DNA of 58,291 nucleotides, the filler included, from Squatina squatina (Eukaryota): assembly GCA_031763465.1 (NCBI GenBank). It is 3 parts of 3 records of this genome, joined end to end, with 100 filler letters (N's around TTAATTAATTAA, not from the genome) between each part and the next. Parts side by side here need not be neighbours in the genome. Positions count along the whole stretch, not along the records: positions 42,294 to 58,291 come from JARFOE010000080.1; 2 more parts are not named here. The stretch is one strand, 5' to 3'. Of this stretch, positions 52,226-58,291 are shown in pieces; position 1 is the stretch's first letter, and every line of letters starts with the position of its first letter. Below the pieces are notes generated by a model, which did no database searches, was not told the DNA's origin, and saw only the letters and a program-made list of their open reading frames with translations. The translations under genes were made by a program, and so were the position numbers.

Positions 52226-52777
52226 GGGGGTGGTAACCTTCTGGGGCCGGGACTTCCTGCAGCCCGGAAGTCCCACCCCTGACGTATAGTTGGACCTCCT
52301 GCTCCTCAAAGGAAGTGGAGCACTGTCTCCGGCGAACCGCTTCTTTTGGGGCAGTGCCAGGGTGGTAGCACGGCGCCGAGTTGAGCACTACGTGGGTGCT
52401 CTGTGTAGCGCTAACGCACTACAACGCTCCTCCCTTTCCATTAAAGGGGAGGGCCACTGCGCACTCTGAATGGGCCATCAGGGACACATGAGTCCAGGCC
52501 AGCAGCCTGGCACCCAAGTGGAATGCCAGGCTGCACGATGGCGGCCCAGTCCACACTAGGGCCGCTATGGTCGGGCCAACCCAAGAGTCAGGTAACTAAC
52601 AAAGATGGCGGCCCGGGGGGCTGCAGGCCTCCCCTTAGACAGCACCCTGGGAGTCGATGTCCTCCAGCTTCGCAACCCGTGAAGCTGGCATTGCCATTGG
52701 CTCGCGCTGGCCTCTCATCCCGTGGGGCAATTTCTCCCACAGGGCAGGAAGTCCTGCCCTGACTCGGTTACCATCCC
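52226..52777. mobile_element. complete ~550-nt MITE with terminal inverted repeats
   Basis: Left ggggtggtaacc...gggccgggacttcctgc versus right gcaggaagtcctgccc...ggttaccatccc; GC-rich interior. Confidence 0.75.
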
Positions 52778-53159
52778 AATTAACTTAGTTTATAGTTTAG
52801 ATTTTTAACTAATTACTAGATCTAGTTTAAGTTATAGCTAGATTTAAATTAAATATTTACCTGTAACACAAACTGTTAGAAGTATTGGAGGCAAAAAGCA
52901 GCCTTCTCCCTCTGCACTGAATTCGTATTCTCTCCAAATTTCTAACTTCTTCAGTCTGTTTAGGTACACTCTGTTTAAGATCACTGACAGTAAGACATCC
53001 TGATCTCCATGTGGGAAATAATCTTCAAGCATTTGATGCAATGCAAAATCACTTTTTACTTGAAGTCATTGCTTGCCTGCAAAGCTTTTGGAAACTTTTT
53101 TCCTTTTTTTTCTGTGAACAGTTTATTTGTAAAATTACCAAAGTGCAGCAGCAAGCTAA

Positions 53160-53429
<270 letters not shown>

Positions 53430-53968
53430 TAAAGCACAAGAAAACTAACAAGATTGTGCATCACCTGTGTATATTTTGAGACATAGTCAGTCATTGTACT
53501 GACCTAGAAATATACTGATGTGTTACTGTAAATGTACAGCATTATTAATGTAGTACTTTNNNNNNNNNNNNNNNNNNNNNNNNNNNNNNNNNNNNNNNNN
53601 NNNNNNNNNNNNNNNNNNNNNNNNNNNNNNNNNNNNNNNNNNNNNNNNNNNNNNNNNNNCCTGCATGTACCTGTTGGGCCAAATGGCCTGCTTCTGTGCT
53701 GTAAATATTATGTAATAAGGTAAGTCCATCTTCACATTGGGAGGGAGAGCAAGCACAGTGTCAGTCATTTTTAAGTGCCTTATGCATGGAAGCTTCAGAA
53801 TACCCCTGTGAACCCTTTCCCTTACAACAGAAGTATTGCAGTTGAAGACTGTTTCTCTCATTGTAGTTAGATAATTCTTTTATGTGCTTAACTTAAGCAG
53901 TCAGCTATTACGTTTTATGTTAGAACTGGCCTAGATTGAAATTTTATATTTAATAAACATATTGTTGA

Positions 53969-54322
<354 letters not shown>

Positions 54323-54602
54323 TAATGTCTTGTTCACTCCTATATTTACAACCTGTTGAGAATTTCCTTAATTAAAAGTTGTAATCAAATTTGCATAACT
54401 AATGCACCNNNNNNNNNNNNNNNNNNNNNNNNNNNNNNNNNNNNNNNNNNNNNNNNNNNNNNNNNNNNNNNNNNNNNNNNNNNNNNNNNNNNNNNNNNNN
54501 NNNNNNNNGTGCAGTGATTTTGAACATGAAGTCTACATAACAGCAAACATTTCTTACTCTTAAGTAACAAAATTGGTAATTTCCTCAACTTTTTCCTCAT
54601 AG

Positions 54603-54824
54603 GAGCTAGACAATATCTGCAATCCAATAGTAACTAAACCCAAACCAAAAGTGGAGAATCCTAAAGAAGAAAACCAATCAATGAATAGTAAAAAAAATTC
54701 TAAAAATGGAGCAGGAGGAGGGCCAATGGAGAATGAGAACCCTACCAAGGTTACAGAAAATCCTGCCCAAAACGGGGACTGCCACCGAGGAGATAACTGC
54801 ACAACCAACATGGACATGGATTAA
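54603..54824 (+). CDS. HSPH1: HSPH1 last coding exon
   Basis: Acceptor tttcctcatag. ELDNICNPIVTKPKPKVE...QNGDCHRGDNCTTNMDMD*; AATAAA at 55309-55314. Confidence 0.9.
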   Translation, partial: ELDNICNPIVTKPKPKVENPKEENQSMNSKKNSKNGAGGGPMENENPTKVTENPAQNGDCHRGDNCTTNMDMD

Positions 54825-57447
54825 ACTATGTAGATTTAAAAGGAATATTTTTTCCTACCATTTTCTATGTTTCTTTTTCTTTTTAATGTTTCTAAATGCT
54901 CAGGCACATTAATTTATAAAAATGCTTTTGCAATACATTTCTTCAGTACCTAAAAGGTGATGAGTTCAGCTGTTTAATAATGTACAATGTGTTGGTAAAA
55001 TGCTTAAGAACAATGGTAAATGAAATATGTAAAATTCCTGTGGAATTGTAAATTTCTGTTAAACCACCTACAGAGCATGATACATCAGACTATTTTGTAA
55101 GTTATGCTCCATCAAACTGAGTAGGGTTATTTAGGCATGAAGCTTTTAACAGGTGCATGTTTCAACATTACTTGGGCATATGTACGTGCTTGTAGTTTTG
55201 ATTTTTCATGTTCTCTCTGCAGTATTACGGCTACAATGGGACCTACATAATTAGAATAAATTGAGTAACTGTTGAGCGGAGCAAGCTGTATATGCGTTTG
55301 TACTGGTGAATAAAGTTTTCCACATCAAAAATCATTGTTTTTCCCCAGACAATTCTAATTTTTTTAATGTTTTACCCACTCCTGCTTAATTGCATGAGAG
55401 AAATTTAGGAAATCAGTTGTCCAGAATGGAGTAGAATTTGTGTTGTGGTTCCCAGTCTCCAACCATAACCTCAGTAGAAGATCATCGAGATTTATGTATT
55501 TTCTCTAGGGTTTCTGCCAAAGTTGCAGCAGGAGATTGCAAGAACTCCCATGGAAATTCCAGGCGATTCTCTTTAAAAGCTGAGAACTATTTTTGGTTTA
55601 TTTTGTTTTAATAGAAAAATCTTCATGATATCATTGAGCCATCAGTGCATTTAGCCTTTAGAATTTCAGCTCCCCTAAGTGATGTGGTACTGATCTTTTG
55701 GACTAAGTAGGATTAATCCCTAGTCTTTGCTGATGCCACTGGGATGATTTGGTCTCTGTATTCCTGAGCTAGAGAACCAAGAGAATTGGCTGGAGTTCTT
55801 ATTCTCCATATATATTTGCACATGTGTGAACACTGGGGAGTAAGAATTCATTGCTCACTATAGTTTATCTATCTACCTATCTATAATATATACAAAATAA
55901 TTTGGTGACCATCCAATTTTAATATATAATAGATTTATATGACTCCTATTTGTTAAAATTGCTTAAGCTTTTGTTAAGCTTAACACATGGTATGAAGTTG
56001 TGATGCCGGGCTGAAGCAAGTTACAAGAATAAGGAATAGTGAACTCATGGAAGAATAAAAAGAAAAGGACAAGAATTTTAAATTTGATGTGTTGAGGTGC
56101 CAAGGACAGGGGTGATGGGTTTGTAGGGTTAGTGCAGGAAAAGAGATAAGCAAGATAATTTTAGATGAACTAGAGGTTATGGAGGCTAGTAGGCTGGCAT
56201 GAACAGCAATGAAATAATAAAGCCTGGAGATGATAAACTGAGAGTTTCAGTGGTAGATGAGCTGAGATAGGTTTGGCGTTNNNNNNNNNNNNNNNNNNNN
56301 NNNNNNNNNNNNNNNNNNNNNNNNNNNNNNNNNNNNNNNNNNNNNNNNNNNNNNNNNNNNNNNNNNNNNNNNNNNNNNNNAAGCCTTTATCGCCTCGACT
56401 ATTTCAATGCTCTCCTGGCCATCCAGAGATTTAACCACCCATAAATGTTGCACCCTCCAAATTCAGTTGCTTATCAAAAAAATCTGTAAGCAGTCGATTG
56501 GAAAAGCAAACATAAAGCAGCCAGTTTACTGCCACTCTGATACAAAGGGTCTACAATTGAAACTTTAACTGATTTTTGACACCTGCTGTTTATTTCCAGC
56601 ATTTTCTGTTACTGGTTCAGATTTTTAGCATTTGCAGCTTTTTAAGTCTATTGTCAACCTCTTGCTTACCTTGGGGTCCAGTAGCAACAAGTGAAGCTCC
56701 TAATTCAGCCNNNNNNNNNNAATTCAGCCTTCAGCACACGAGCCTTCAAGAATATGACTTTATTTACACTCTTATCTGCTATTGCTGTGCAAATATTAAA
56801 AAAGTGATGCAAACAATAAGCCTAAAACCATGGAATACTTTGAGATTTGAACAAAAAGTTAATTTATTTAATGTATTATTTAATTGCCACATTATTTAGC
56901 TCTCACTACCTGCCTTTTGTCCAGATCATTTCCGACCAAATTAAGAATGTTAATCAGTAACTCCTGTGGTTTGGACACCTTACTGAACAGTTCGATAAGC
57001 TATGCTTATATTATTGTCCCATGATGTTTTCAAATTGGAATTAAATGGATCAAAACTGTATGCAATCTCCATTNNNNNNNNNNNNNNNNNNNNNNNNNNN
57101 NNNNNNNNNNNNNNNNNNNNNNNNNNNNNNNNNNNNNNNNNNNNNNNNNNNNNNNNNNNNNNNNNNNNNNNNNTTACCGAGGTGAGGTGTACTGAGACCA
57201 TGAAGGATGGATAGCCTGTGGAGATTGGGAAGGAAAGGGATGCTGAGTGTATGAGATTTAGTGCAAATGTTCCAGATTAACTGAAATCTAAGAAGGATGG
57301 AGGAAAGTAAACAGGTGAAGAGAGAACTTGAGAAGCCAGTCCTTGAGATGATGAAGTTAATGTTTAGGAATGAAGAACATTGAACTACTAGGACACAAAA
57401 TATTCAGGAAGCAAACATGCCTTACATAATATACACATAATACTCAC

Positions 57448-57493
57448 ACAGTATATGTTAATTCGTCTATCCCATCCAACAGCAAGCACATAT
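57448..57493 (-). CDS. WD40-repeat protein exon, WDR95/WDR49-like (46 nt)
   Basis: ttctttgcag...gtgagt. YVLAVGWDRRINIYC is a WD-repeat core. Convergent with HSPH1, where I recall mouse Wdr95 lies. Confidence 0.62.
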
Positions 57494-57789
57494 CTGCAAA
57501 GAAATTCAAGATATATGGTTGAGAACATGCAGTGCAATTTGAAAGTATAATGATAAAGCCAAGTGTTCACCGATCAAAAACATGTCTGTGGCTCAGCTGA
57601 TTACACAGGAAGCTCTCCGATCCAGCCTATGATCTGTATTAACTTAGCTGATCTCACCTGGATGGTGATGCCTTAGTGCCCCTGAGATGGGGAGGAGAAA
57701 ATCAGCCTAGTTGCCACGCTTAGAAGTATTGATAAATTTGTGGAAAATATGGTTTAACCAATTAGAGTGCCATGTGCAGCTTGGGAACC

Positions 57790-58170
57790 CCATTAAAGAA
57801 ACTATAGTTATGAGGAGACCCCTGAGGTACTGGGACTATTTCCATTAGAGCAGAGGAGGCTAACATGAAATTTAATAGAGTTTTTTGTTTACATTATGAA
57901 AAGTTTTGATAGAGTGTAAAGAGAAAGACAATTTCCTCTGGTTGGGAAGTCAATGATGAGAGGTCCTGAATTTAAAATGGTCATTAAGAGAGTGAGCACA
58001 AAGGTTAGGAGCTGTTGGTAGCATGGAATGCTTTGCCACAGGGAGAGACCATTGCATTTTTTAAGAGAAAATTTGATAAATAATTGAAGCAGAGTATGTG
58101 GCTGTACAGGAAAGAAGACAGCGGTGGAATTAGTTTTGGATTGTGATTCAGACAGCCATATGGAGTAAAG
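57790..58170 (+). mobile_element. degenerate CR1 LINE 3' region
   Basis: GLFSIRAEE-like start (ggactattttccattagagcagaggaggct) and tail gcatggaatgctttgcca...tttgataaataattgaag. Confidence 0.7.
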
Positions 58171-58291
58171 AAGATGCAGAATTGATGACATAGGTTACCT
58201 ATGAATAGTCCAGATTTTCTTTCACCCAGTTAATGTTATGAAGAGGGAATAATAAATCAGGAGGAGCGCCAAGAGTTACAGGCTGTGCATG

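Overview
Fragmentary eukaryotic genomic DNA, almost certainly from a cartilaginous fish (shark/ray). The evidence is HER1/CR1 LINE tails, Deu-domain SINEs, Penelope-like tails and GC-rich MITEs on an AT-rich background. It is a low-contiguity scaffold with many fixed-length (10 or 100 nt) N gaps. Two artificial N44-TTAATTAATTAA-N44 linkers split it into three blocks whose human orthologues lie on different chromosomes: (1) 1-24474, B4GALT2 (-), ATP6V0B (-), elovl8 (+); (2) 24575-42193, ST18, PCMTD1, PXDNL (all +); (3) 42294-58291, RXFP2 (-), B3GLCT (-), HSPH1 (+) and a WDR95-like exon (-). Every gene is partial: exons were read by hand from GT-AG boundaries and protein recognition, and many are missing, presumably in gaps. 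I found no convincing novel multi-gene system. The best leads are elovl8, PXDNL and WDR95-like genes in a chondrichthyan, a nested hairpin in the ST18 3' UTR, an extended intronic heat-shock element in HSPH1, and an in-frame exon-like segment inside elovl8. Gene identities rest on recalled family sequences and synteny, not on database searches.
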